Source of the DNA: Mesorhizobium sp.
GTDB taxonomy: Bacteria > Pseudomonadota > Alphaproteobacteria > Rhizobiales > Rhizobiaceae
DNA: 64,000 nt
Strand: one strand, 5' to 3'
Assembly: GCF_004020545.1 (NCBI RefSeq)
Contig: NZ_SAQE01000006.1
In this document: positions 18,202 to 27,658 of the stretch, piece by piece
How the letters are laid out: the number at the start of each line of letters is the position of its first letter
Numbering within the stretch: the stretch's first letter is position 1
Program-made: the position numbers and the translations under genes
The notes under the pieces: model-generated
Databases searched by the model: none
Told to the model about the DNA's origin: nothing
What the model saw: the letters and a program-made list of their open reading frames with translations, nothing else

Positions 18202-19590
18202 TTAGACGCGCTCGCCGTTCTTCACGCGGTAGGTCGGCTTGTACATGGTGACCAGTTCCTCGGCCGCGGTCGGATGCACCGCCATCGTGCGGTCGAAATC
18301 GTCCTTGGTGAGCCCGGCCTTCAGCGGAATGCCGAGAAGCTGCGCCATCTCGCCGGCGTCCGGCCCCAGAATATGGGCGCCGAGCACCTTTCTCGACGCG
18401 CCGTCGACCACCAGCTTCATCAGCATCTTCTCGTCCCGGCCCGACAGCGTATGCCGCATTGGGCGAAAGGACGCGCGATAGATGTCGATGTCCGGGAAGC
18501 GCTTGACCGCCTCATCCTCCGACAGGCCGACAGTGCCGATCTCCGGCTGCGAGAAGACCGCCGTCGGGATGGTGTCATGATCCACCGCCGTCGGGTTGTT
18601 CTTGAAGGCGGTCTCGATGAAGCACATCGCTTCGTGGATCGCGACCGGCGTCAGTTGCACGCGATGGGTGACGTCGCCGATCGCCCAGATATTCTCGATA
18701 TTGGTGCGGGAATATTCATCGACAACGATCGCGCCCGTCTTGCCAAGCTCCACGCCGACACCTTCGAGGCCCATATTCTCCGTGTTGGGGATACGGCCGA
18801 TCGCCAGCATCACCTGGTCGACCGTCAGCGTCTGGCCGCCGGAGAGCAGCACGTCCAGCCTGCCCTGCGGGTTCTTGCGCACCCATTCGGAGACCGAGTG
18901 GCACAGAATCCTGATCCCCTTCTTCTCCATGGTCTCGTGCAATGAGCGGCGAAGGTCCATGTCGAAGCGGCTGAGGATCTCCTGACCGCGATAGACGAGC
19001 GTGGTGTCGACGCCGAGTCCATGGAAAATGTTAGCGAACTCGACGGCGATGTAGCCGCCGCCCTCGATCATGATCGCCTTCGGCAACTGCTTGAGATCGA
19101 ACGCCTCGTTGGAGAAGATGCAATACTCGTGGCCGGAAAGCGCCGGATGCGGCGCCGGCCTGCCGCCGGTGGCGATCAGGATCCGGTCGGCGCTGACGGT
19201 GCGGTCCTCGGCAACCAGATATACCGAATGCGGGTCGACCAGCATGACGCGCGAGTGGAAAGCCTCGCCGCCCGCGCCCACGACATTCTTCTTGTAGATC
19301 GCCTCCAGCCTGGCGATCTCCTTGTCCTTGTTGGCGACCAGCGTCGGCCAGTCGAAGCTTGCCTCGGGCACCGTCCAGCCATAGCCGGCCGCATCAGTGA
19401 AATGCTCGGGAAATTGCGCGGCATAGACATAGAGCTTCTTCGGCACGCAGCCGCGGATGACGCAGGTGCCGCCATAGCGATATTCCTCGGCGATGGCGAC
19501 GCGCTTGCCGAGGGATGCCGCCACGCGTGCCGCCCTCACCCCACCCGAGCCCCCGCCGATGACGAAGAGATCATAGTCGTAGTCGGCCAT
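18202..19590 (-). CDS. gor: Glutathione-disulfide reductase
   Basis: MADYDYDLFVIGGGSGGVRAARVAASLGKRVAIAEEYRYGGTCVIRGCVPKKL (FAD motif plus the redox-active CVIRGC-type disulfide), with a C-terminal HPTAAEE dimerisation motif. AGGAG lies 9 nt upstream of ATG 19590. Confidence 0.9.
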   Translation of the reverse strand: MADYDYDLFVIGGGSGGVRAARVAASLGKRVAIAEEYRYGGTCVIRGCVPKKLYVYAAQFPEHFTDAAGYGWTVPEASFDWPTLVANKDKEIARLEAIYKKNVVGAGGEAFHSRVMLVDPHSVYLVAEDRTVSADRILIATGGRPAPHPALSGHEYCIFSNEAFDLKQLPKAIMIEGGGYIAVEFANIFHGLGVDTTLVYRGQEILSRFDMDLRRSLHETMEKKGIRILCHSVSEWVRKNPQGRLDVLLSGGQTLTVDQVMLAIGRIPNTENMGLEGVGVELGKTGAIVVDEYSRTNIENIWAIGDVTHRVQLTPVAIHEAMCFIETAFKNNPTAVDHDTIPTAVFSQPEIGTVGLSEDEAVKRFPDIDIYRASFRPMRHTLSGRDEKMLMKLVVDGASRKVLGAHILGPDAGEMAQLLGIPLKAGLTKDDFDRTMAVHPTAAEELVTMYKPTYRVKNGERV

Positions 19591-19644
19591 CGCCATGGGC
19601 TCCTGTAACATAAGAAGGACAGGCCAGAGGTAGGCTGCCGAGCG

Positions 19645-19673
19645 CCAAAAGAAAAGCCCGGGAAACCCGGGCT
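19645..19673 (-). terminator. Rho-independent terminator after the rpiA-DUF2059 unit
   Basis: The minus strand reads AGCCCGGG-ttt-CCCGGGCT followed by TTTCTTTTGG. Confidence 0.75.
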
Positions 19674-19716
19674 CTTCTGGTCCAGCGGCCGTGACCGGCT
19701 GAAGCGACCGTGCGGA

Positions 19717-20334
19717 TCAGTTCTGCGAGTTGTCGGCCGGCGCCGATCCATCGGCAGGAGCCGAGTTGTCGGCCGGGGCGGAGCCGTCGGCGGGTGCTTT
19801 GGCATCCTGCGCAGGCTTGGCCGGGGCCGCTGCTTTCGCGGCGGCGGCCAGCGTCTCGCCAACCTGCTGGGCAAGATCGCGGGCGACGCCGTTCTGCCAG
19901 ATGTCGGCTGCTTTCACGAGGTCGCGCGTCACCGCCGGGCCGCTGTCGAGCAGCTTCTTGCCGGCGTCCGAGCTGTAGAAGGCGGCGATATCGTTGAGGT
20001 CCTTCTCGGAGAACACCTTGGCATAGGCGAGCGCCGCCTCTTTCTCGAGATCGGCGCGCCGCGAAGCGAGGCCGATCGCCTTCTCGGTGACGGTCTTGCC
20101 GATCAGCTCCTGCATGTCGGGGTTCTTCTGGATCAGCTGGTTTTCAAGCGCCGCCGCCGCCTGCGGCAGGATATTGTCGAACGGGTCCGTGGCATGGATA
20201 GCCACAACTGCGGCCCGCGCGGCCTTGAGATGCGATTCGCTGATATCCTGCGAAAACGCCGGTGAGGACAGCGCGAGGACGGCTGAGGCCGCCAGAAGCG
20301 TCGAAAGACGGCGAACCCGTTTATGCAACATCAT
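19717..20334 (-). CDS. DUF2059 domain-containing periplasmic protein with repetitive Ala/Pro/Asp tail
   Basis: 205 aa from ATG 20334 ([30 protein letters not shown]...). The tail is ...[26 protein letters not shown]. The start overlaps the rpiA 3' end by 14 nt. Confidence 0.7.
   Translation of the reverse strand: MMLHKRVRRLSTLLAASAVLALSSPAFSQDISESHLKAARAAVVAIHATDPFDNILPQAAAALENQLIQKNPDMQELIGKTVTEKAIGLASRRADLEKEAALAYAKVFSEKDLNDIAAFYSSDAGKKLLDSGPAVTRDLVKAADIWQNGVARDLAQQVGETLAAAAKAAAPAKPAQDAKAPADGSAPADNSAPADGSAPADNSQN
19727..19798. repeat. Imperfect 36-nt x2 tandem repeat encoding the (APADxS) tail
   Basis: gagttgtcggccggcgccgatccatcggcaggagcc followed by gagttgtcggccggggcggagccgtcggcgggtgc. 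Confidence 0.7.
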
Positions 20335-21052
20335 GGTCGATAGAACTCCCTGGTTTTCGGGCGGCATGGACGGTTTGGATACCGTCGCCGCCGGCGATGA
20401 TGGCCGTTGACGCCAGCCCGATGAATAGACCGTGCTCGACAACGCCTGGAATGGCGAAGAGAGCATTCGACAGCGCTCTTGTATCCGGAATGCGGCCAAA
20501 AGATGCATCGAGGATAAAGTGGCCGCCGTCTGTAACAAATGGCTGGCTCCCCGTCATCCTCAATGTAACCGGGCCGGCAAGGCCGAGGCCCGCCGCGGCC
20601 GCGCCGACCGCGATCTCCGTGGCGCGCAGCCCGAACTTGTTGACCTCGATCGGCAGCGGGAAACGGCCCAGCGTCTCGACCATCTTGGACCGGTCGGCGA
20701 TAACGATCATGCGCTCGGACGCCGCCGCGACGATCTTTTCGCGCAAGAGCGCGCCGCCGCCGCCTTTGATCAGCGTCAGCGCCGGATCGATCTCGTCGGC
20801 GCCGTCGATGGTGAGGTCGAGCTCAGGCGTTTCCTCCAGCGTCGACAGCGGCACGCCGAGCTCGCGGCAGAGTGCCGCGGTGCGCTCGGATGTGGGCACG
20901 CCGATGACCTTGAGGCCGGTCGCGACCTTTTCGGCCAGCAGCCGGACGAACTCGTCGGCGGTCGTGCCTGTGCCGATGCCGAGCCGCATACCGCTGCTGA
21001 CGTGAGCGAGCGCCGCCCGCGCGGCTTCGACCTTCAATTGCCTTGCGTCCAT
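20321..21052 (-). CDS. rpiA: Ribose-5-phosphate isomerase A
   Basis: From ATG 21052: [39 protein letters not shown]...DGADEID...[15 protein letters not shown] (canonical RpiA motifs). Confidence 0.9.
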   Translation of the reverse strand: MDARQLKVEAARAALAHVSSGMRLGIGTGTTADEFVRLLAEKVATGLKVIGVPTSERTAALCRELGVPLSTLEETPELDLTIDGADEIDPALTLIKGGGGALLREKIVAAASERMIVIADRSKMVETLGRFPLPIEVNKFGLRATEIAVGAAAAGLGLAGPVTLRMTGSQPFVTDGGHFILDASFGRIPDTRALSNALFAIPGVVEHGLFIGLASTAIIAGGDGIQTVHAARKPGSSIDHDVA

Positions 21053-21207
21053 GCCTCGCTTCTGCCCCGGTTTTGCTGGTTTCGCGCGCCTCCTAGCATT
21101 TTTGCCTGTCCCGTCAAAGGCTCTGCCTGTGGACCGATAGAGGTTGCTTGCTTGGCCGCCGCGCAGCCTGTATCGGCTGCGGCACATCAACCGCTGCAGG
21201 ACTGGCC

Positions 21208-21888
21208 ATGACCCGACCGATCATCGTGTTCGACCTCGACGGGACGATTATCGACACCGCGCCGGACCTGCTCGACAGCCTGAATCACAGCCTGGCCGCG
21301 AGCGATCTCGCTGCGGTCGACGAGGCCGGCTTTCGTCGCTTCGTCGGTCACGGCGGCCGCGTCATGATCGAGCGCGCGCATGCGGCGCAAAACAAAGCGC
21401 TGATGGCCGAAGAGCACGACCGGCTGCTGAAGCTTTTTCTCGATCATTACACGCTCAACATCCCCGGCAAGTCGCGCCCCTACCCCGGCGTTACTTCGGC
21501 CCTGGACCGCTTCGGGGCCGCCGGCTACCTGATGGCGGTTTGCACCAACAAATACGAAGCGAATTCGGCGACGCTGATCGGGGCGCTCGGCATGGACAAA
21601 TATTTCGCCGCGATCTGCGGCCAGGACACGTTCGCCTTCCGTAAGCCAGACCCGCGTCATCTCATCGAGACGATCAGACTGGCCGGCGGCGATCCGCACA
21701 ACGCCCTGATGATTGGCGATTCGCAGACCGATATCGACACCGCCAAGGCGGCCGGCATTCCGGTGGTGGCGGTCGATTTCGGCTATACGGACCGCCATGT
21801 GCGTGAGTTCGAGCCGACTTTGGTGATCTCGCATTTCGATACGCTGACGCCGGATCTTGCCGAGCGGCTGATTGCGGCAGCGCGCTGA
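21208..21888 (+). CDS. gph: HAD-superfamily hydrolase, phosphoglycolate phosphatase-like
   Basis: From ATG 21208: [26 protein letters not shown]... (DxDGT motif I) and a late [14 protein letters not shown] (motif IV). Confidence 0.8.
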   Translation: MTRPIIVFDLDGTIIDTAPDLLDSLNHSLAASDLAAVDEAGFRRFVGHGGRVMIERAHAAQNKALMAEEHDRLLKLFLDHYTLNIPGKSRPYPGVTSALDRFGAAGYLMAVCTNKYEANSATLIGALGMDKYFAAICGQDTFAFRKPDPRHLIETIRLAGGDPHNALMIGDSQTDIDTAKAAGIPVVAVDFGYTDRHVREFEPTLVISHFDTLTPDLAERLIAAAR

Positions 21889-21953
21889 GTCTGGGCTTTT
21901 TCGGCCTGCCGGGGTCTAAGAAAATTCGATCTGAAGATCGTCGGCACATTGCC

Positions 21954-21982
21954 TTGACTTCGCGCCCCCGCCTCCCTTATAT
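21954..21982 (+). promoter_or_regulatory. Sigma70-type promoter for tRNA-Val
   Basis: TTGACT (21954-21959), 17-nt spacer, TTATAT (21977-21982), about 30 nt upstream of the mature tRNA 5' end. Confidence 0.65.
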
Positions 21983-22013
21983 CGCGGCTCGCTTCGGCCT
22001 TCGGGCAACGAGC

Positions 22014-22088
22014 GGGCGATTAGCTCAGCGGGAGAGCACACCCTTCACACGGGTGGGGTCGCAGGTTCAATCCCTGCATCGCCCACCA
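22014..22088 (+). tRNA. tRNA-Val (anticodon CAC), CCA encoded
   Basis: Manual cloverleaf: acceptor GGGCGAT/ATCGCCC, D-arm GCTC-AGCGGGA-GAGC, anticodon arm CACCC-TTCACAC-GGGTG, variable loop GGGTC, T-arm GCAGG-TTCAATC-CCTGC, discriminator A, then CCA. Confidence 0.92.
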
Positions 22089-22118
22089 TCCAACTGTCTG
22101 AGAATGTTGGATGGTTTG
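22086..22118 (+). terminator. Hairpin plus T-run directly after tRNA-Val
   Basis: CCATCCAAC-tgtctgagaat-GTTGGATGG (9-bp stem, beginning in the CCA end) followed by TTTGG. Confidence 0.6.
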
Positions 22119-22158
22119 GCCCTGCGAAATCTCTCCAAAATCTGAACGCTGCTGACCC

Positions 22159-22329
22159 CTAGATCAGCCCTCGGCGCACGTTCAAATATGTCACCGCCGT
22201 CACCAGTATGGCGCCGGTCATGAAATAGAGCGTGGCCAGGATGTTGCCGTGGTGAAAATGAATGCCGGCGAACAAGAGGGCCATGACGACAGCAAGAAAT
22301 GCGATGATGCGCGAGAATTCATCGGGCAT
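22159..22329 (-). CDS. Possible 56-aa two-helix small membrane protein (below the ORF-track size cut-off)
   Basis: My own translation gives MPDEFSRIIAFLAVVMALLFAGIHFHHGNILATLYFMTGAILVTAVTYLNVRRGLI*, two hydrophobic helices. The SD is weak (AGG). It overlaps only implausible track ORFs. Confidence 0.35.
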   Translation of the reverse strand: MPDEFSRIIAFLAVVMALLFAGIHFHHGNILATLYFMTGAILVTAVTYLNVRRGLI

Positions 22330-22467
22330 GGGGCGACCTGTGGAACGTAACGTGGATGGCCGCCCTCAATCGGCCGAGCGCTCAATAGAGCGGTTTCTCG
22401 ATTTCCGCAATCTCGATATGGAGCCCTGGCGACGCGGCACGCCTTCTGCGTGTAGGCTTGGACTCCC

Positions 22468-23994
22468 CTAAGCCAAATCCACTTCGACCCACAGCCCACC
22501 GGGACCACGGGCACGATCGCGCGGCGCACTGCGCACCGCCAGGATCGAGCCTGAGGGCGAAGCGAAAGCTGGCTTTCCATTGGCATTCGCCAGCCAGGCA
22601 TCGTCGGCCCGAATGACGCGGCCCTTGGTCTTCGCTTCGAGCGCGGTCAGGATCGCGCCATAGGGCATCTCGCCCCAATGGATCTTCAACGCATCCAGCT
22701 TGTTGGTGGGAACGAAAGCCGAGAGGTCCGGGCTCGTTATCAGGTCGAGTCCCTGTTTTTCCGGCGTGGCGTTCTGGCTGCCGTGATGCGCGACCTTCAG
22801 ATAGACGGTGCGCGCCAGAAGGTCGGCGGTGGTGACGGTCGCCGCTCCCACCTGGAACTTCAGATCCTTCCAGCTCAGCCAGTTGCCGATCTGGGCGTCG
22901 CCCGGGAACAGGAAGACGCGGCCGGTGTCGATGAATTCGAAGGCGAGCACCAGGCTGGTGTTGTTGACGCCGCGATCGAGCTGCAGCGCGAGGTCGGCGG
23001 CAATTGCCATCCAGTCGGCGTCGATGCGGCGCCAGGACTGGTCGCGATCCTCCATGGGTGCTGCGCCCGAAACCGACCCGGAATAGTGCTTGCTGGTAAA
23101 GGCGCCGATATCGACGGCCGGATCGCTGCCCTTGTCGCCGTTCAGCGCCGCGGAGAGCGGCGTGCCGATGTTGCGTTCGAAGGGACTGAGTTCGTCGATA
23201 TAGGTCGCATCGTCGGCCTGATTCATCTTCAGCCCGGATGCGAGCGCCCGTGCAAACGGCCCGCCGCTGGCGAGCGGAAACATCTCGCTCGCCTTTTCCT
23301 CCAGTCGGAGAGCTGCCTTGTCGCGCGGCGGACCGAGCACATAAATCCGAAGATTGGGCAGTTCCGCGATGGATTGCGGCGCCCCGCCGGGCTCGAAATA
23401 GGTGGGCGATGGTTTTGCGGACAACTTTGCCGCGGCATTGCGCGCCGAACGCACCCGTTCCCCGGCCGCGCCGAACTGGAAGCCGAGCACGGCCTGCAGG
23501 CCGTCGCGGACGCTCGCCATGTAAGGGTTGAGCCCCTGCATGCCGTCAAGCTTCTGGCCCGCGCCCTGCAGCGCGGCGAGCGCCTGGCCCTTGAACTTGT
23601 CGAGCTCCACGGCTTCGGCATCGGCGGGGTTTTCGGTCCAAGCCATCCAGACATCGCCGACTGCAAAATCCTTGAACAGGTCCTTCGCGGTCAGGAATCC
23701 CGAGACGTGGTCCCAGTGCTCATGCGTGACGACGAGCACATCGATCCTGCCGCCCGTCTCCTTTTTAAGGTCGGCGACGATGTCGGCAACGAGCGCCGGA
23801 CCGCCTGTGATCGATACGTGGATGCCGCAATCGATCAGCATGCGGAACAGCGAGCCATCCGGCTTCGTGAAGGTGAGCAGGTGGCAGTCGCCGATGCCTT
23901 GGCAATAGTGCCGGACGGTGACGGCCGACGCGTGCGTCGTCGCGGAAGCCGTGGTGTCAACGGGCCTTCTCTTTGCCGCGGGCCTTCTAGACAT
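22468..23994 (-). CDS. MBL-fold metallo-hydrolase, ComEC/Rec2-like subtype with a large internal insertion
   Basis: 508 aa from ATG 23994 (MSRRPAAKRRPVDTT...). It has the HxHxDH motif VVTHEHWDHVSGF, a late FPGDAQ and VAHHGSQN. The start lies inside the last codons of the upstream protease gene (CATGTCTAG, 8-nt overlap). Confidence 0.8.
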   Translation of the reverse strand: MSRRPAAKRRPVDTTASATTHASAVTVRHYCQGIGDCHLLTFTKPDGSLFRMLIDCGIHVSITGGPALVADIVADLKKETGGRIDVLVVTHEHWDHVSGFLTAKDLFKDFAVGDVWMAWTENPADAEAVELDKFKGQALAALQGAGQKLDGMQGLNPYMASVRDGLQAVLGFQFGAAGERVRSARNAAAKLSAKPSPTYFEPGGAPQSIAELPNLRIYVLGPPRDKAALRLEEKASEMFPLASGGPFARALASGLKMNQADDATYIDELSPFERNIGTPLSAALNGDKGSDPAVDIGAFTSKHYSGSVSGAAPMEDRDQSWRRIDADWMAIAADLALQLDRGVNNTSLVLAFEFIDTGRVFLFPGDAQIGNWLSWKDLKFQVGAATVTTADLLARTVYLKVAHHGSQNATPEKQGLDLITSPDLSAFVPTNKLDALKIHWGEMPYGAILTALEAKTKGRVIRADDAWLANANGKPAFASPSGSILAVRSAPRDRARGPGGLWVEVDLA

Positions 23995-26900
23995 GGTCGT
24001 CGTCTCCGTCGCTGGCATGCAGCAGGGCGAAGGGTTCCGACACCTCGCCGCCGAAATAGAGCGCTCTGAGCGGCGACAGATAGTTTGCCGCCATCGTCCC
24101 GGCCTGCCGCTTCTGCCGGTCCGCGCTGCCGGTGTTCTTGATGATCGAGTAGCGGATCTCCTCAAAGCCTTCGCGCGGGTCGATGATGATGGTCGCGCCG
24201 CCGCGGAACCAGAAGAAGCCGTCGCCCTTGTTCACGCCCTGCGGCGCAGCCGTGCCGTCGAAGGCGACGGGTATCCGCTGCTGGATAACGGCGACCACCT
24301 CGACGCGGAACGAACCGTCCGGCTCGACCCGCCGCGTTGGCCGCACGCTGTAGATGTCGAAAGTCGTCTCGCCCTTCTTCGGCGCGTGCATGACCGTGCC
24401 GTCCTCGTTGTAGCGCGGCAGGTCGGGCAGCAGGCCGAACTGCTTGTAGAGGTCCGGGTTGGACGCGAAGGCCTTGTGCATCGCCTTCCACAGCGCGTAG
24501 CGGTTCTTGTCATTGAGGGCGAAGATCTCGGCACGCTTCAGCTTCTGGTTCCAGCCGAGGTCGATCTTGCTCAGCAACCCGTTCAGCCAGGGTGGGGAAG
24601 GGTCTTCCGGCGCGCTCCAGGCGAGCGTCTCTTCCGAAATGGTGCGCACGTCGCGCGGCAAAAGCTTCCACTTGCGGAAGGATTCCAGGAACGCCAGGCG
24701 ATAATGGAGCGGATCGTCCGGATAGGCATCGCGGTCCGCAGTGATCAGCGCGCGCAGATACTCGCCGAAGGTGATGTCGACGGCCGGGCAATAATCGAGC
24801 GCGCGGATGCACATGGTGAGCATCTGCCCGGCGGTCTTGGCAACCTCGTCGGTAAGGCGCTCGACGAGGCTCGGATGCAAGGTGCCGGCCGGCAGGATAC
24901 CGGTACCGCCGGTGGCAAGCTGGATCAGATCGTCGGTGCGGCGGTCGGCGATGGCGATGAACGCCTGATAGACCGCGAAGACGAGGATCGAGCCGCGGTC
25001 ATGCGCCTCGAAGGTCTTGTCGTAGTCGAGGTCGGCCATGCCCGAGCCGCCATATTCGCGCAGTGGTCCGGCCCGGCCGCTGCCTTCACCGAACTGCTTG
25101 GCGATGCCGGAAAGCAGCGACGCCACCGACACATCGCCCCTCGCCTTGCCGATCTCGAAATTCACCAGCTCCTTCAGGGTAAAATGCTGGAACAGCGCAA
25201 CGATGTCGGCAAACGCCTCATGGAAGGCCGGAACGTCCGGATTGGACGCTTCATGGAAGCGGCGATGCAGCCCGTCGAGCAGCGCATGCGACATCTCATG
25301 CGCGATGATGTCGCTGGACAGGCAGGAAAACACCGTGGTCCCGGGTGTGGTGACGTCGCCCTCATTGCTGGTTGCCGGGAAATAGCCGAACAGCAGCGCC
25401 TTCTTTTCCGGGCTGTAGTAGGCGTTCTCGGCGCGCAGCGCGTGTGGATAGATGCGCAGGCGCGGCACATAATGGGCCTTCACCGTCATGTCGCCGCTGC
25501 GGCCGGGGGCTTGCGAATAGTGCGGCGCCCACAGCGCCCGCCGCCCAAGAGCGCGTTCGAAATGGCCGATCGTTGTCATGGCGACCGCGTAGACCATCTG
25601 CTGGTGAAACTTCGGATTGCCTTCCGAAGGCGACAGGCCGTCCTGGGCCAGGAGCACCTTGTCGTTGAGGTCGACAGGATCGTAGACGCGGTCGGAGGCC
25701 GGATCGACATCGACCACCTCGAGATATTCGCCGATCGGGCCTCCCAACAGTGGCTTGTCGGCCGATGGCTCGTCGTCCCAGGGAACCGAGAGCGTCGCCT
25801 GGTGGACCGACACCGAGTCCAATCGCTTGGCGACCGAAGGGTCGAGCGCGTAGATGCGCAGGCGCCGCTGCGGCGGCGGCAGCGGACGCGGCCGGCGCTT
25901 GATCGGCGCCGGGCCTGCAGCGGTAACGGCGACCGGCAGCGGCTTGGCGCCAGCCCTGCCCAGCAACCCTTCGAGAAAGGCCTTGAGCGGCTTCGACGGA
26001 TTGCCTTCGTCGAGAGCGGCCTCGAAATAGCGATTGCGCGCGGCGGCCGAGATCGCGGCCGGATCGCCATCCGGGTCGGCGATCGCCTGGTCGACGGAAG
26101 CGGTGGTTTGCGCCATCTGCATAAGCTCAAGCGCAAACATCCTTTGCCTTTGGACGGCGGCCGGTGGCTGTGCCGCCAGAGAATTGCCGCCGGTGAGCAG
26201 ATCCAGCCAGCTCCATGTGTAGGTGGCCAGCGGCAGTTTCCGGAGCTGGTTCTCAGCCGGTGGGGAGATCGCCAGCGCATCGAAGGCGCGAACTACCCCC
26301 TGCCCGATCTTCTCCAGCGTCTCGGCGGTGTTCATCTTCGGCGTGGATTTCTGCGCCACCTTGAACAGCGCGAAGCGGACGGCCTCGATGCGCATCCATG
26401 GCTGCGGATAAGTCTTCACGCGATCCCAGTGCTCGGCCAGCCAAAGCGCCGCGGCTGCCGCGATCTGCGGCGTCGCCGCCGACGTGCCGTTGCCATCCAT
26501 GTCGACGACCTTGGCGCAGTCGATCTCCGCCCAGGGCACGTTCGGCGTGTAGGCGCCGAGCGCCGACTTCATCTTCGATGGCGGCCCATAGTTGCCCTGC
26601 ATGGTGCCGAAGGCGAGCCCGGCATAGGCGCGGCCGTCGCCCATCACGCCGCATGCCGCCAGCACACGGTTGTAGCGCGCCGGATAAACGATGCTGCGCG
26701 GCGTGATGGCAAAGTTGTTGCCGGCCGCAGTGACCATGACCAGGCCGTGGTCGTAAGCGAGATTGACGGCATCGACCAGCGCTTGCGAGGCGAGGCCGCC
26801 CATGCTCATCGACAGCACCTGGGCGCCTTGCTGGCGCGCATACTCGATGCCTTGCACCATCGTGCCCGTCGTCAGCCGCACCACCCAGTCGGCGATGCGC

Positions 26901-27658
26901 ACCGGAAGGATCTTGGCCCGCGGGGCGCCGCCGACGAAGTCTGTGAAGCCCGGCCAATTTGGCGAGGTGCCGTCGAGCTTGTTGCCGGCAAGCAGGCTGA
27001 GCGTGCCGGTGCCGTGACCGCGATTGCTGGTGAGCGTGCCGGCAGGCGCATGATCGGTCGCGTTGTCCGGTCCGGTGCCGTCATCGACGAAATTGCGCTG
27101 CTTTGCCGCCAGAAGCCCGGCCGGCAATGTGCGATGTCCCGGATCGAAGCCGGTATCGAGATGAGCGATGGTGATGTTGGCCTGCTTGGCGCCGACCCTG
27201 GTGCGGGCGGCCACGAATTGGCTGAAATTCGGCCCGGCGTTCCAAGCGATACCGTCCCGGACGACCGCTTGTCCGCCGCTAGGATCCTGATCGTCGAAGG
27301 TGCAGGCAGGGCTGGCGCTCGCCGCCATGCCGCGATCGCCGTTGCCGTTCTTGTACTCCCATCGCTGTTCGATATCGGGCTCGACTGCCAGGACATCTGC
27401 GCCCGCCGCCGCGAAATCTCCGCCGCGGGCTGCAAGCTTGTGGGCATCGTCCCAGGGATTGTCCGAGCCTGCCGCCTTGGCGGAAACCCGCAGCCAGGTC
27501 GCGCCACGGTCCCCCGCTGCCCCGTAGTCAGCGCCGGACGCACCCGGCGGCAGGGTCAGGATCGGTTCGGCATCGACGCTCTCTATCCCAAGCGACCGGC
27601 CTCGCGCTGCAAGCCCGGTGCCATCACCGCGAACCTTGATCAGGAGTCCCCTCGCCAT
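23987..27658 (-). CDS. Fusion protein: subtilisin-like S8 serine protease + thermolysin-like (HExxH...ExxxD) zinc metalloprotease + unassigned C-terminal region
   Basis: 1223 aa from ATG 27658 (SD GGGGAGGGG). S8 motifs: AHLDTGF (Asp), NRGHGTGTLS (His), TAAGNN (oxyanion Asn), GNGTSAATPQIAAAAAL (Ser). A linker PIKRRPRPLPPPQRR follows, then IIAHEMSHALLDG and AFHEAFADIVALF. There is no hydrophobic N-terminal signal peptide. The 1300-aa opposite-strand ORF is an Arg/Ala-rich shadow. Confidence 0.85.
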   Translation of the reverse strand: MARGLLIKVRGDGTGLAARGRSLGIESVDAEPILTLPPGASGADYGAAGDRGATWLRVSAKAAGSDNPWDDAHKLAARGGDFAAAGADVLAVEPDIEQRWEYKNGNGDRGMAASASPACTFDDQDPSGGQAVVRDGIAWNAGPNFSQFVAARTRVGAKQANITIAHLDTGFDPGHRTLPAGLLAAKQRNFVDDGTGPDNATDHAPAGTLTSNRGHGTGTLSLLAGNKLDGTSPNWPGFTDFVGGAPRAKILPVRIADWVVRLTTGTMVQGIEYARQQGAQVLSMSMGGLASQALVDAVNLAYDHGLVMVTAAGNNFAITPRSIVYPARYNRVLAACGVMGDGRAYAGLAFGTMQGNYGPPSKMKSALGAYTPNVPWAEIDCAKVVDMDGNGTSAATPQIAAAAALWLAEHWDRVKTYPQPWMRIEAVRFALFKVAQKSTPKMNTAETLEKIGQGVVRAFDALAISPPAENQLRKLPLATYTWSWLDLLTGGNSLAAQPPAAVQRQRMFALELMQMAQTTASVDQAIADPDGDPAAISAAARNRYFEAALDEGNPSKPLKAFLEGLLGRAGAKPLPVAVTAAGPAPIKRRPRPLPPPQRRLRIYALDPSVAKRLDSVSVHQATLSVPWDDEPSADKPLLGGPIGEYLEVVDVDPASDRVYDPVDLNDKVLLAQDGLSPSEGNPKFHQQMVYAVAMTTIGHFERALGRRALWAPHYSQAPGRSGDMTVKAHYVPRLRIYPHALRAENAYYSPEKKALLFGYFPATSNEGDVTTPGTTVFSCLSSDIIAHEMSHALLDGLHRRFHEASNPDVPAFHEAFADIVALFQHFTLKELVNFEIGKARGDVSVASLLSGIAKQFGEGSGRAGPLREYGGSGMADLDYDKTFEAHDRGSILVFAVYQAFIAIADRRTDDLIQLATGGTGILPAGTLHPSLVERLTDEVAKTAGQMLTMCIRALDYCPAVDITFGEYLRALITADRDAYPDDPLHYRLAFLESFRKWKLLPRDVRTISEETLAWSAPEDPSPPWLNGLLSKIDLGWNQKLKRAEIFALNDKNRYALWKAMHKAFASNPDLYKQFGLLPDLPRYNEDGTVMHAPKKGETTFDIYSVRPTRRVEPDGSFRVEVVAVIQQRIPVAFDGTAAPQGVNKGDGFFWFRGGATIIIDPREGFEEIRYSIIKNTGSADRQKRQAGTMAANYLSPLRALYFGGEVSEPFALLHASDGDDDHV

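Noticed and set aside
22218-22678. Track ORFs 22218..22601 (127 aa) and 22382..22678 (98 aa) downstream of the MBL gene
   Set aside because: They are Arg/Ser/Pro-rich with no start context and overlap the MBL gene 3' end. The only plausible coding frame in this gap is the 56-aa hydrophobic ORF at 22159..22329.
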